Below, one piece after another: positions 19,665 to 29,685 of a stretch of DNA of 64,000 bases. The stretch comes from an uncultured bacterium (lineage in GTDB: Bacteria; Desulfobacterota_D; UBA1144; Nemesobacterales; UBA2774). The notes under the pieces are model-generated. The model saw only the letters and a list, made by a program, of their open reading frames with translations. It was not told the origin of the DNA and did not search any database. Numbering within the stretch: the stretch's first letter is position 1; each line of letters begins with the position of its first letter. Where the stretch lies: assembly GCA_963705505.1 (NCBI GenBank), contig CAVPJU010000010.1, positions 480,001 through 544,000 of the forward strand. Direction: 5' to 3'. The position numbers and the translations under genes are program-made.

Positions 19665-22139
19665 TTACTTGCTTTTCCGCATTGGTGCCGGTGGTTCGAG
19701 CTTGACAGTCAGCTTGTCGATCTTGCCGGTGAACTTGAACGGAACATCGTAGCGATACTCCAGCAGAGCGACGCCGGTGCGCGTGTCCTGGCCGATGTCG
19801 AAGGTTTCGTCCTCCGGGAACGTGATCGGTGTGGCGTGTTCCATGGAATTTTTGGCCACTTCCTTGCCGTCCACGGAGAGCACGCCCGTCCCTCCCTTGC
19901 CCAGACCTGGACCATCGGACTTGAAGTCGAAGACAATGGTGTGCTTGCCGGCGCCCAATTCAGGCCCTTCCCACGTTGTGCGCTTGAGGTCGAGCAGGTT
20001 GTAGAGGAATACCACCTTGCCCCGACCAACTCCGAGCTCGCCCTTACTCAGGAAAAGTCCATAGCCGCCGAAGCGCCCGCCCTCGGTGACGATCATGCCT
20101 TCTGCCCCGCCCTCGGGTATCTCGACCTCGGCAGTGATGGTGTACGACTTATTGAGAATGTTTGGCGCACCGCTCGCCGGCACGCCGGTCAGTACTCCCG
20201 AGTAGGTGAAGACCTTGCGTCCCGCCGTCAGGTTCGGGCGCGGCGTGTTCCAGCGCGCGAGCGACGAGTTGTCGAGCGGCAGGACATCATGCTTCTGCGC
20301 CTCGGCATAGAACAGGTCCTTCATCTCCTTGAGCTTTTCCGGCATCTCGGCGGCCAGGTCGTTGGACTCAGCGGGGTCCTCTTGGACGTTATAAAGCTCC
20401 CATTTGTAGCCGTTGATCACATCAGGAGGCGTAGCCGTGTTCAGCTCCCAGGGAAGCGTTGCTGGCGTCGTGGCTGCCACCCATCCGTCGTGATAGATGG
20501 CGCGATTGCCGAGCATCTCGAAATATTGCGTCGTGCGCCGAGACGGCGCATTGGCGTTCGCCTTGTCCCACGTATACGTCATGCTCACGCCGTCCATCGG
20601 ACGCTGCTCGATGCCGTTGATCATCTCGGGTTGTGGAATGCCGGTCGCTTCAAGGATCGTCGGGGCAATGTCGATGACGTGGTGGAACTGACGGCGGATA
20701 CCGCCCACGTCGTTGATGTGGCCGGGCCAGGACATGGCCACGCCCTGGGCCGTCCCGCCGAAGTGCGACGCGACCTGCTTCACCCACTTGAACGGGGTGT
20801 CCATCGCCCACGCCCATTCTGCCGCAAAATGCGGGAAGGTCCGGTCCGATCCCCAGAACTCGTACCAGAGAAACTGGTCCTTGACCGGCACGGAAATGCC
20901 GTTGAAGGTGGTGAACTCGTTCGGTGTACCGTTGAGCATACCTTCGGCGCTGGCACCGTTATCCCCGCTTATATAGATTATGAGCGTGTTGTCGAGCTCG
21001 CCGAGGTCTTCGACGGCCTGGATGACCCGACCGATCTCATGGTCGGTGTATGCGAGGTAAGCCCCATAAATATCCGCCTGCTTGATGAATAGCTTCTTCT
21101 CGTCCAAACTGAGGGAGTCCCACTCCGGCAATTCCTTCGGCCAGGCCGTCAGCTTGGCATTTTCAGGCATGATGCCAAGCCGCTTCTGATTGGCGAAGAT
21201 CGTCTCGCGCAACTTGTTCCAGCCGTCGTCGAAGAGATGCATGTCGCTGATCTTCTTGATCCACTCCGGCGTCGGATTATGCGGCGCGTGGGTGCCGCCG
21301 GGTACGTAATAGACAAAGAACGGTTTGTCGGGCGCGATCTCCTTCAGTTGTTTCATGTACTGGATGGCCTCGTCGGCCATCGCTGTTGTGAGATTCCAGC
21401 CGGGATTGCCCTGGAAGGGATAGATCGCGGACGTATTGCGAAAGAGGTTCGGTTCCCACTGGCTGGTGTCGCCGCCGACAAAGCCGTAGAAATACTCGAA
21501 GCCCATTCCAATCGGCCACTGGTCGAACGGCCCAGCCTGGGTCGCCTGATAGGAGGGCGTGTTGTGGTCCTTGCCGAACCACGAGGTCGCGTACCCGTTC
21601 TCCTTTAGAATGGTGCCAATGGTGCCGTTCGCTTTCAAAATGATCGAGTCGTAGCCCGGATACCCCGTGGCAATTTCCGCCACGACCCCAAAGCCGGCGA
21701 CGTGGTGATTGCGACCCGTGATCAAGGCAGCTCGCGTCGGTGAGCACAACGACGTGGAGTGGAAATTAGTATAGCGGAGTCCCGCCTTAGCAATGCGGTC
21801 AAGAGCAGGGGTGGGGATCACGCCCCCGAATGTGCTCGGGGCGGCGAAGCCGACGTCGTCAGTCATGATGAGCAATATGTTCGGTGCGCCCTTCGGCGGT
21901 ACGACGCGCGGGGCCCACCAGGGCGTCGACTCCGAGGCCCTCTCCTTGATCACCCCGCCGAATTTCGGATCGGGTGGCGGAAGTTGTTTTCCGCTGATAG
22001 TGGTGGTGGCGCTGGGCGAACCCAACTCGCCGGTTATTTCCTGTGCTATGACAGATACGGCTGAGGATAGAATGAACGTCGTGATGATTAAATAGGAAAA
22101 TCCACGGATTAAATTCAAAAACCTGAAGTAAATTTTCAT
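19665..22139 (-). CDS. arylsulfatase (Cys-type, formylglycine-dependent), exported
   Basis: MTDDVG, CSPTRAALITGRNHH, GKDH, GDNG motifs; signal peptide; C-terminal lectin-like extension. Confidence 0.95.
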   Translation of the reverse strand: MKIYFRFLNLIRGFSYLIITTFILSSAVSVIAQEITGELGSPSATTTISGKQLPPPDPKFGGVIKERASESTPWWAPRVVPPKGAPNILLIMTDDVGFAAPSTFGGVIPTPALDRIAKAGLRYTNFHSTSLCSPTRAALITGRNHHVAGFGVVAEIATGYPGYDSIILKANGTIGTILKENGYATSWFGKDHNTPSYQATQAGPFDQWPIGMGFEYFYGFVGGDTSQWEPNLFRNTSAIYPFQGNPGWNLTTAMADEAIQYMKQLKEIAPDKPFFVYYVPGGTHAPHNPTPEWIKKISDMHLFDDGWNKLRETIFANQKRLGIMPENAKLTAWPKELPEWDSLSLDEKKLFIKQADIYGAYLAYTDHEIGRVIQAVEDLGELDNTLIIYISGDNGASAEGMLNGTPNEFTTFNGISVPVKDQFLWYEFWGSDRTFPHFAAEWAWAMDTPFKWVKQVASHFGGTAQGVAMSWPGHINDVGGIRRQFHHVIDIAPTILEATGIPQPEMINGIEQRPMDGVSMTYTWDKANANAPSRRTTQYFEMLGNRAIYHDGWVAATTPATLPWELNTATPPDVINGYKWELYNVQEDPAESNDLAAEMPEKLKEMKDLFYAEAQKHDVLPLDNSSLARWNTPRPNLTAGRKVFTYSGVLTGVPASGAPNILNKSYTITAEVEIPEGGAEGMIVTEGGRFGGYGLFLSKGELGVGRGKVVFLYNLLDLKRTTWEGPELGAGKHTIVFDFKSDGPGLGKGGTGVLSVDGKEVAKNSMEHATPITFPEDETFDIGQDTRTGVALLEYRYDVPFKFTGKIDKLTVKLEPPAPMRKSK

Positions 22140-22228
22140 ATCTCCCCCTGTGGCGTTACATTGTACAAAATACCAATAACGGTCAGGTCATATATGGATT
22201 GCCGACCTGACCTTTTGGAACTGCAGGC

Positions 22229-22257
22229 TATTCCCCATGACCGGATCATGGGGAATA
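22229..22257. other. perfect 12-bp stem-loop upstream of the sulfatase
   Basis: TATTCCCCATGA-ccgga-TCATGGGGAATA. Confidence 0.6.
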
Positions 22258-22476
22258 AAGGTATGGGCATCATAAATATCATACGACTTTTCACCTGCAA
22301 TAACGAATTGATCTTCATATATTTTATTAATTTTTCGCAATCACAGCCAGCAGATTCACAAATTCACGACGAGCGTTATCTTCTCGGGCAGGTCATGACT
22401 CGTAAACAATAAAACCAGACGTCAGGCATAGGCTGCCGCTTTTACAATTCCTAAAAATAATTCACTACCTAGCCGC

Positions 22477-23112
22477 TCATTGCGGCGGTTGGACCACGAT
22501 ATACGTAACTCCGTCCCCCTGGGTTACGGGCTGATAATATGTCGTACCTACCTGATAATACGTCGTGCTGCCCACCACAACCGGGGTCGCCTGAGCCGAC
22601 ATAGCACTGAACTGAGAGGCGGTAATTGCAGTGCCAATAACAGCCCCAGTTACAGCCCCCGCCGCGAATGCGCCGGCAGTGGAAGGGGGAGGATAATAGG
22701 CACCTGGGGGATGGTAATAATCCCCATAGCCGGGCGGATGGTAATAGTCCCCGTATCCATTCGCCGGATGATAATCGTCATAATTGGAGGCGTAGTTCTG
22801 TCTGCTTTGCTGCTGTTGCTGCCCGTAGTTCTGCCTGCTTTGCTGCTGTTGCTGCCCATAGCTCTGTCTGTTTTGTTGTTGCTGTTCCCCGTAGCTTTGG
22901 TGGCTTGACTGCATTGATTCCGCAGAAGACTGCCGACTCGATTGCATACTTGAGCGATTGGATTGCCAATTCCCGCTGCTAGCGTCACTGCTCCGGGAAA
23001 AACCGCCGCCGTCACCCCCAAACCCCCTTGCATAAACCTGTGCAGCTACGAATATGCATAACAAAATCAGAACACTTGATGCTGTCCAGTGTTTCCATCT
23101 ACTTTGTCTCAT
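22477..23112 (-). CDS. exported low-complexity Gln/Tyr/Pro-rich protein
   Basis: Signal peptide, S/Q-rich repeats, GYGDYYHPP repeats, AAGAVTGAVIG segment, C-terminal YYQ..YIVVQPP. Confidence 0.75.
   Translation of the reverse strand: MRQSRWKHWTASSVLILLCIFVAAQVYARGFGGDGGGFSRSSDASSGNWQSNRSSMQSSRQSSAESMQSSHQSYGEQQQQNRQSYGQQQQQSRQNYGQQQQQSRQNYASNYDDYHPANGYGDYYHPPGYGDYYHPPGAYYPPPSTAGAFAAGAVTGAVIGTAITASQFSAMSAQATPVVVGSTTYYQVGTTYYQPVTQGDGVTYIVVQPPQ
22791..22896. repeat. 33-bp tandem repeat (3 copies plus a partial) encoding Q(S/N)YG(E/Q)QQQQ(S/N)R
   Basis: Units at 22791, 22824 and 22857, e.g. cgtagttctg(t/c)ctgctttgctgctgttgctgcc. Confidence 0.85.
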
Positions 23113-23114
23113 GG

Positions 23115-23918
23115 TTATTTCGCTCCATTCGTTTCAGATGCGCCGGGCTGCAACATTTGTTGGGCGGCAAATGCGATTTTTACCGCTCCCTTGGGCGGTG
23201 TAACACTGAATAATTTGTCGGACACCTTCGGTTTCAGGTTCCAGTCGCTGAATTGAGCCCAAAACTGAGGCCTTCCATCGAGCTTTTTGTAGGTTATGAC
23301 TACGCGCTGAGGTAATGGTTGAGCGCCTTGCGCGACCCATAACTGCATATCCGCATCCGCCCCACGCAGAGCGATTTGGTCACAGGGAACGCCCGCAATA
23401 GATGATTGCTCGACATAGGCTGCGGAACGGACCTGCGACGGCAAATTAGCAGCCATCTGGCGGTCAATCAACTGTGAGAGAGGCAGACGCATGCCGAGAT
23501 CATTGACAAAATACGAAACGGCATCGTCCAGTGTGCCGGGTCTGTCCGCCACAGCGTAGACGTTATCTTTAGCATAATAGATCATTATAGTTTTGCCGTC
23601 GAACACTAATTCGCTCGTCGATCCGTTACGTTTGGTCTCTTCGACTCGGAGATGGTCGGGGCGGTCGAGCAATATCTTGCGGGTTTCTCCAAATTCAATC
23701 TTCTGGCCGTCGTCCTGCACTGCATCGAATCCTATGTCGACGGAAACACTGAAACGCTGGGCCTGCGAAAGGAAATCGACCATCCGTTTCGCCACAGCCA
23801 TCGCCTGTTCATTACTTTTATTCAGATCAGTGGGGCTAGCATCCTGAGCACTGACGCGTCCCCCCGCCAATAATAGCGCAAGAGCCCAAGCAAATGCCAC
23901 CAAAGAAACTCGCTTCAT
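23115..23918 (-). CDS. DUF2092 periplasmic protein (LolA-like fold inferred)
   Basis: GQKIEF, RPDHLR, FDGK, QLWV..G..PLP, FSDWN motifs. Confidence 0.85.
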   Translation of the reverse strand: MKRVSLVAFAWALALLLAGGRVSAQDASPTDLNKSNEQAMAVAKRMVDFLSQAQRFSVSVDIGFDAVQDDGQKIEFGETRKILLDRPDHLRVEETKRNGSTSELVFDGKTIMIYYAKDNVYAVADRPGTLDDAVSYFVNDLGMRLPLSQLIDRQMAANLPSQVRSAAYVEQSSIAGVPCDQIALRGADADMQLWVAQGAQPLPQRVVITYKKLDGRPQFWAQFSDWNLKPKVSDKLFSVTPPKGAVKIAFAAQQMLQPGASETNGAK

Positions 23919-24037
23919 TGTAAGCCTCCTAATTTCTGTAATTCATTCTGACGACACGATAAATCTAGTTACACTGTACGCAAAGAAAAACCAGCGAAGC
24001 GCATTAACTTAAGTTGCAGGGAAGGCCAATCCCGATA

Positions 24038-24430
24038 TCAGTATCCCGTTGCCTCCGCGATTGTGGCCTTGCACTCCGGAGAAAGGAGGGCCATATTTGC
24101 CTTGAGACATGCAGCAATCCTGCCGCCGCCAGGCTGAATACCGGGACAGAACCACAATATATCGTCCTGACAGGCCTGATTAACCTCGGCTAACTGTGTC
24201 GCTACCTCCAAAATCCTGACCTTACAATCCGGCGATAGCGATTCTTTGTTTTGTTTAAGGCATTGAACTACCCTGCCTTGCCCGGGTTGAACCGTGCTGC
24301 AGAATGTCTGCACATCACCCGCGCAGGCACCTGTTCCTTGGGCACTCGCATTTATACCGCCCGATAAAGAAACGCAAAGTATTACTGCTACGACGAATAC
24401 AAGCACTAAAACTGATCTCACGATCTTCAT
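24038..24430 (-). CDS. cysteine-rich repeat (GLG1-like) exported protein
   Basis: Two C..D...FC..VQPG.GR...CLK.N...LSP.C repeats. Confidence 0.8.
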   Translation of the reverse strand: MKIVRSVLVLVFVVAVILCVSLSGGINASAQGTGACAGDVQTFCSTVQPGQGRVVQCLKQNKESLSPDCKVRILEVATQLAEVNQACQDDILWFCPGIQPGGGRIAACLKANMALLSPECKATIAEATGY

Positions 24431-24521
24431 TGCAGTCTCCTCTAGCTATCATTAGTTTTTTTTCATGTATTTTCTATCGATGCACTAAAAACTTTCTATA
24501 TCATGCCGAGAGCCAGCTAAG

Positions 24522-25082
24522 TTAGTAGACTCCGGGACCACGGGCACCGACACCGACACCGTGGAAGCCGGCCCCAACACCGCCGCCGACCCCGATCCAA
24601 TCGATAAACAGCGCGGTTGCGCCGCCCGAGGCGGGCATCTTGCCGTTTATTACCTTGTAGTTGTAAACGAGGTCCGCGCCGTCGACAACCGGGTTGGAGA
24701 TCTCGACTACGGCAACCGTATTGTCAGGTTGTCCCGGCTCATAGACGGATAGCGTGGCATTCGGCGGGTCCGCGTGAAAATTGTCCTTTCCGGCTTTCGC
24801 TGTCCATTCCTTGAGATAGTCGGCCATCTTGAGATGCCCGGCGATACGCTGCGGCCGATCCGAGAAGTACAAAGTCTGCTGGTCTACTTTCACAAGGCGC
24901 AGAGTATTCGCTGCTGGGTCCACTTTGAGATCTTCGGCAATCTGCACGAACATGAACTGGGGCGCTTCCGAAGTAGTGGTCGAAGTCTTGGCAGACGCCG
25001 CTATTGACAGCACTAATACCACAAAGAAAAATGCTAGTACAGTGTGGTTCAAGCGCTTATAGAATTCATTAAAGACTTTCAT
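24522..25082 (-). CDS. exported hypothetical protein
   Basis: Signal peptide; MFVQ, YFSDRPQRIAGH, DPPNATLS, LFID motifs; Gly-rich tail. Confidence 0.75.
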   Translation of the reverse strand: MKVFNEFYKRLNHTVLAFFFVVLVLSIAASAKTSTTTSEAPQFMFVQIAEDLKVDPAANTLRLVKVDQQTLYFSDRPQRIAGHLKMADYLKEWTAKAGKDNFHADPPNATLSVYEPGQPDNTVAVVEISNPVVDGADLVYNYKVINGKMPASGGATALFIDWIGVGGGVGAGFHGVGVGARGPGVY

Positions 25083-25443
25083 CGCTAGTTTTCTCCTTTC
25101 TTGCTCCCTGTCTCAAGAACAGGAAGGTTATTTGTAATCAATACCGACTTTACTGATGATGAAACTCTCAAACAGTCCGTACTTAATCGAAAAAGATCAA
25201 TAAACAAGAGTGTATTATGAGTACCGCAAGTTCTATGCATGGCATGTGCTAAACAAAATTTGGTTCAAAACACGCAACCTATTGATAAAATTCAGCAATC
25301 AATGATCAACCAATATCAACAATTTTATAGCTTATACCCCACAATTTCGATTATAATCAATTCGAATCTCTGTGTCTATCCGAATATTGCAATATGATTA
25401 AATATATGAAAAATGTTAGTAGTAGGAGGTAATCAGGTAGGCA

Positions 25444-26427
25444 ATGAAAGCTGTAGAACCCCGGTTTTTTTCTTGCGGATCTGTTACGCGGCTGGAAACT
25501 CATGATATCGATGAGCTGGCGCAGTATATGAAACATGCCGACATCGAGCTTATACAGATTGGCCGAGCTCAATCTCCTTCAAGCCTCACACAAGTCTCCT
25601 TCGATAATATAAACCTGCAGGTAGGACACTACGGAGCCGCATACATCTCGAACGCCACAACCGATAAGGTGAGGAGCGGCATGGTTTATAAGATTAACAG
25701 GGATTATCCCACAACCTGTAACGGTTATGAGATCGACAGCGCCTCATTCATGTTTTATGGAAAAAACTCAGAGCATATAGCTATAAACAATGGAATCTGC
25801 AGATGGATATACATATCGTTCAAGCCCGATTATCTAGAGGAGTCTCTTATCGAACCGCTCTGCGCAAAATTGGATACAAGGAGAAGCATATCTTCATGCC
25901 TAAGATGTCAGGAACAGGCATCTCTTGATGCGTTGTACGATTCCGTAAATGAAATTGCCGAGTTAGCAAATATAAATCCCCGGATATTTCAGGACACGAA
26001 TATCATCAAGGGAATGGAGTGGTCTCTCCTCGATTCGCAAATACTGGTCCTGAGCAACACTTTAAATTCTCCCGGGAAGGGTATAGATAGAAGTAAAAGA
26101 TCCCGCGAGTCTATCATAAAACAATCGATCGATTTCCTTAAGGCCAATTCATATGAACCTATCCATGTGCTCGACCTCTGTAGCGCGCTGAATGTGGGAC
26201 TGAGGTCTCTATATTACGCTTTTCAGGAATTTTACGGCATCAGTCCTATCCGGTACCTACGGCTGCTGAGGTATTCAAAAGCCAGGATAGATCTGTTAAA
26301 AGCGGACCCTAAACGAACAACGGTGACCGATATCGCCGCCAAATGGCGCTTTTGGCACTTCGGGAGGTTCTCCATCGAATATAAGAGTCTTTATAGTGAG
26401 TCGCCTTCTGAGACTTTGAATAAATGA
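25444..26427 (+). CDS. AraC-family transcriptional regulator
   Basis: C-terminal double HTH (RSLYYAF..GISP; FWHFGRFS.EYK.LY.ESPSETL). Confidence 0.9.
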   Translation: MKAVEPRFFSCGSVTRLETHDIDELAQYMKHADIELIQIGRAQSPSSLTQVSFDNINLQVGHYGAAYISNATTDKVRSGMVYKINRDYPTTCNGYEIDSASFMFYGKNSEHIAINNGICRWIYISFKPDYLEESLIEPLCAKLDTRRSISSCLRCQEQASLDALYDSVNEIAELANINPRIFQDTNIIKGMEWSLLDSQILVLSNTLNSPGKGIDRSKRSRESIIKQSIDFLKANSYEPIHVLDLCSALNVGLRSLYYAFQEFYGISPIRYLRLLRYSKARIDLLKADPKRTTVTDIAAKWRFWHFGRFSIEYKSLYSESPSETLNK

Positions 26428-27876
26428 TTATTTCTTGACCAGCGTAACTGGCGGCGGACTCCACTTCCCGTCGAGCGCCTCTTTCTTCGGCCAGTAGAGC
26501 CTCATTACCATATAAAACCGGCCGTCTGGCGCAGGAAGCCAGTTGGACTCCTTATCTTTACCGGGCGAGTCTTTCTGCACATAGATCGTGAGCGATCCGT
26601 CCGGGTTCTTTTTCAGCTCAGGGAGCATAGGCGAATTTATGAGATATCGCTTAATCGGATTTGCAACGAGGAGCTGTGTCTTGCCGTTATACATCGTAAC
26701 GGACCAGAAGGCATTTACAGGGGGCAATTCGCCTGCAGGAAAGGTTATCGTGTAGCTCGATTTGTTCCCGTCAAGCTTGGCGCCCGTGCCGTCGGTGTAT
26801 GCGATAGGGTACAGAGCCTCGACCGCATCGTTGCCGTAAATCCCTGCCATCGCCGCAGCCGCTCTCAAGGTCCAGTTACCCTTATAAAATTTTCGGTCGC
26901 CGAATGCTCTCGTAATCCGCCACCCGTTCACACCTTTACCGAGTGTAAGCCGCTTTTGCTTAATATGATCGTATCCCTCCTTGATTCCGAGCGCGATTGC
27001 AGCCCTGTCCTCCACTGAAAGCTTGTCCGGTTCAAAAGGCTTTCCCGGCTCGATTCCTATCTGTGCGAATACCGCACGGAGCGGCTTTTCCTGGGGTATC
27101 GGGGGGCAGAACTGAAAGAGAAAATTAAGATAGCCGAAGGGATCGGTCTCGAACGCCTGCTTCTTCGTGAATTTCAGGAAATCGATCTTTGGCGGCTCGG
27201 GAGGAGCGGGCTTTTTCGTGAACTCCGAGAGAGTGTAAACTTTATAACCCGCCTGTATCTTCTTTACGTTATCTATGTCTCCGGGATTAAAGAGCTGTGT
27301 ACGGTAAATCGCAAAGCCAAAATCCGTCTCTACCGGGAAGACTTTCGCGACGCCCGCGGGCGTTTCGCCCTTCCAATTCGGTCCCGAGACCATGTAGCAC
27401 CCCGCGCCGTTCCCCGTCGCGCGGCTTCCTATGTAACCGATATTGTATGTGTACATATCAACCAGCTGAACGGAGTAATAGCGGCCTTTCTCCACTTCCG
27501 GCACACAGAGGACTATGGGCTCCGCACGGAGGTCCATGCCCACGAAGGAGTACGGTGTGTCGCTGTTAGGTGTGATCACCGCCGTGTCCTCGGGCGTGTA
27601 CACTCGCGCGGTGTTATAAATCTGGTTGAAGGGGGCTTTATATTGAGACGAAGACCGGTCGACAGCATATTCGTACATCGTCCCATAGTTCATGATCATA
27701 GGGAAGCCGTATATGTATGCTCCTTCCGCGACCTGTTTTGTCTCTATGGCACCGGGCTCTTTAGCCCCGGCTGTGAAGGATGTGACGGAAATACCCGATA
27801 AAAGGATCAAAGGTATGGATAATACCGCAGCAAATATAATGACTCCTCGAATCGGATTCCTATTAATAATTCTCAT
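26428..27876 (-). CDS. DUF1254/DUF1214 exported protein
   Basis: AYIYGFP, TPNSDTPYS, FWSVTMY, NWLPAP, MRLYWP; start ATG 27876 behind GGAGG. Confidence 0.9.
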   Translation of the reverse strand: MRIINRNPIRGVIIFAAVLSIPLILLSGISVTSFTAGAKEPGAIETKQVAEGAYIYGFPMIMNYGTMYEYAVDRSSSQYKAPFNQIYNTARVYTPEDTAVITPNSDTPYSFVGMDLRAEPIVLCVPEVEKGRYYSVQLVDMYTYNIGYIGSRATGNGAGCYMVSGPNWKGETPAGVAKVFPVETDFGFAIYRTQLFNPGDIDNVKKIQAGYKVYTLSEFTKKPAPPEPPKIDFLKFTKKQAFETDPFGYLNFLFQFCPPIPQEKPLRAVFAQIGIEPGKPFEPDKLSVEDRAAIALGIKEGYDHIKQKRLTLGKGVNGWRITRAFGDRKFYKGNWTLRAAAAMAGIYGNDAVEALYPIAYTDGTGAKLDGNKSSYTITFPAGELPPVNAFWSVTMYNGKTQLLVANPIKRYLINSPMLPELKKNPDGSLTIYVQKDSPGKDKESNWLPAPDGRFYMVMRLYWPKKEALDGKWSPPPVTLVKK

Positions 27877-27930
27877 AAACTCCTCCGAACTCCTTGATGT
27901 GCTGCCCAAAGTTTACGTCACATTAGAGAG

Positions 27931-29349
27931 TTATTCCACCTTCCTCACAGGCGGCGGGGTCCATGAGCCGTCGAGTATAGAGGGAGGTGTCTCGTTCGGC
28001 CAATACAAGCGCAGCATGAGTACGAAATTGTCTTTCGGCGCAGGAAGCCAGTTGGATTCCTTGTCAGCGCCGGGGGATTCATTCTGAATGTAGAGGTCAA
28101 GAGAGCCGTCCGCGTTGTATTTGAGATCATTACGCGGGCTCACAGTATAACGGTGAAGCGGATTATTCACGAAGAAATACCTGTGGTTATACATGGTCAG
28201 AGACCAGAAGCCTTTAACGGGCGGGGTCTGCCCTTTCGGGAAAGTAATCATATATTTATTTGCCCCGTTGAGCTTGTTTCCCTCACTGTCCACCTGTGTT
28301 TTGGGATAAACGGCATCCTGGGACAGGTTCGCGCCAAGGCCAATTGCGGTCACGACGGCGCGGAGCACATAGTGCGTCCCGTAACTACCCAGATTGGTAA
28401 TTACTGCCCAGCCGTTCACGAGTTTTCCCGGTTTCTTTGCGACGGTCATTATCTTTTCCTGAGCCGCCTTTGGAGCGCCTTCGATACCCTTCGCAACACT
28501 CGGGTCGAGCTTGGAAATGTCGAAGTCCTGACCGGGGACGATCCCGATCAGCGCAAGTTTTTCAATCATCGGGGCGTCTTCGGGAGAGGGCGGGTTAGTC
28601 TTCATCAGCTCCGCAAGGAGCTTAAAGTATGCCCCCGCATCGAGTGCGTTAACCTGATCCCGTACCGCGGTTTTCGTATCTATCGACGGATCGACCTTTC
28701 CCGCAGGCGGCGTGTAAGGCTTTCCGTATGCGCTCAGGGGAACGAGCTTGTACTCGTCCTGGATCGCATGCACGGCCTTATAATCATCGGGGGTCCCCGT
28801 GCAATAGGTGCGGCCTATAATCCACACCATGCTCGTTGGCGACTTGATCTCCTTTACACCGTCCGGGAGAGCGCCCTTCCATCCGGGACCGGTTATGGCA
28901 TAAGTCCGAGCCCCGGTGCCCGTTGTGCGCGTCCCCGGGTCCGCGAACACGTTTGTCCACCCGGAGAGCATGGGCATGAGATAGTAGCGGCTCCCCTCGG
29001 CAGGAAGACTCAGAACATAAGGTTCGTTTGAAAGATCAAGCCAGGCAGCCGAATAAAGGGTGTCCGCATTCGGAGCAGTAACGTCCTTGAAGCTGGCGTT
29101 GGGATATTGCCTAAGATTGGCGAACTGGTACATGGGCGCGTGTGTACCCTTGGGCGCCTCAACATTGGTCATGACGCGCCTCGTCATCTCCATAGTGACG
29201 AGCGGATAACCGTATATGTAGGCTTCGGTGCCCAGTGTTAATGCCGCTTGCTCGCTGAGCTTCCGGGCTTGGGCGGCGGTCGGAATCGCTAGAGGCAGTG
29301 CCGCGACTACCAATAATAAAACAAGAGCTATCGATTTTCTCAGATCCAT
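27931..29349 (-). CDS. DUF1254/DUF1214 exported protein
   Basis: AYIYGYPLV, PNADTLYS, FWSLTMY, NWLPAP, LRLYWP; likely start MDLRK. Confidence 0.9.
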   Translation of the reverse strand: MDLRKSIALVLLLVVAALPLAIPTAAQARKLSEQAALTLGTEAYIYGYPLVTMEMTRRVMTNVEAPKGTHAPMYQFANLRQYPNASFKDVTAPNADTLYSAAWLDLSNEPYVLSLPAEGSRYYLMPMLSGWTNVFADPGTRTTGTGARTYAITGPGWKGALPDGVKEIKSPTSMVWIIGRTYCTGTPDDYKAVHAIQDEYKLVPLSAYGKPYTPPAGKVDPSIDTKTAVRDQVNALDAGAYFKLLAELMKTNPPSPEDAPMIEKLALIGIVPGQDFDISKLDPSVAKGIEGAPKAAQEKIMTVAKKPGKLVNGWAVITNLGSYGTHYVLRAVVTAIGLGANLSQDAVYPKTQVDSEGNKLNGANKYMITFPKGQTPPVKGFWSLTMYNHRYFFVNNPLHRYTVSPRNDLKYNADGSLDLYIQNESPGADKESNWLPAPKDNFVLMLRLYWPNETPPSILDGSWTPPPVRKVE

Positions 29350-29685
29350 ATTACCCCCGATTTGGTTATAGTTACTCCCTGATTTCGCGCAATAAGACCG
29401 GCTACAAAATTTTATACCGATCATTAAATACTTTATGAGGTATCTCAACGAATGTCTATCAAAATTTCGCAAGAAAACAAAAAATCAAACCTTTATTAAT
29501 GATAAGAGGATATGATAAAGAATGAAAGAAGATAAACTTTCGGTCGGGGCCTCGATTTTCTTACAAAATCAGAAACGGCGGAATATATTTCCGGGACCGA
29601 CTCCGATTCGTATCCGTTCCGCTAATAAACCCCTTATGCCGCTTTAAGGTCGGCAGTTCATAAGAGATTCGAAGAAGAATAGCCG

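Noticed and set aside
19620..21092. Long plus-strand ORFs antisense to real genes (490 aa here; also 13325-14374, 9409-10233, 28153-29031)
   Set aside because: Shadow ORFs of GC-rich coding strands; no motifs, and the opposite strand carries clear family signatures.
22705..22896. Short direct repeats as a possible CRISPR array
   Set aside because: Head-to-tail, in-frame coding repeats with no unique spacers and no cas genes.
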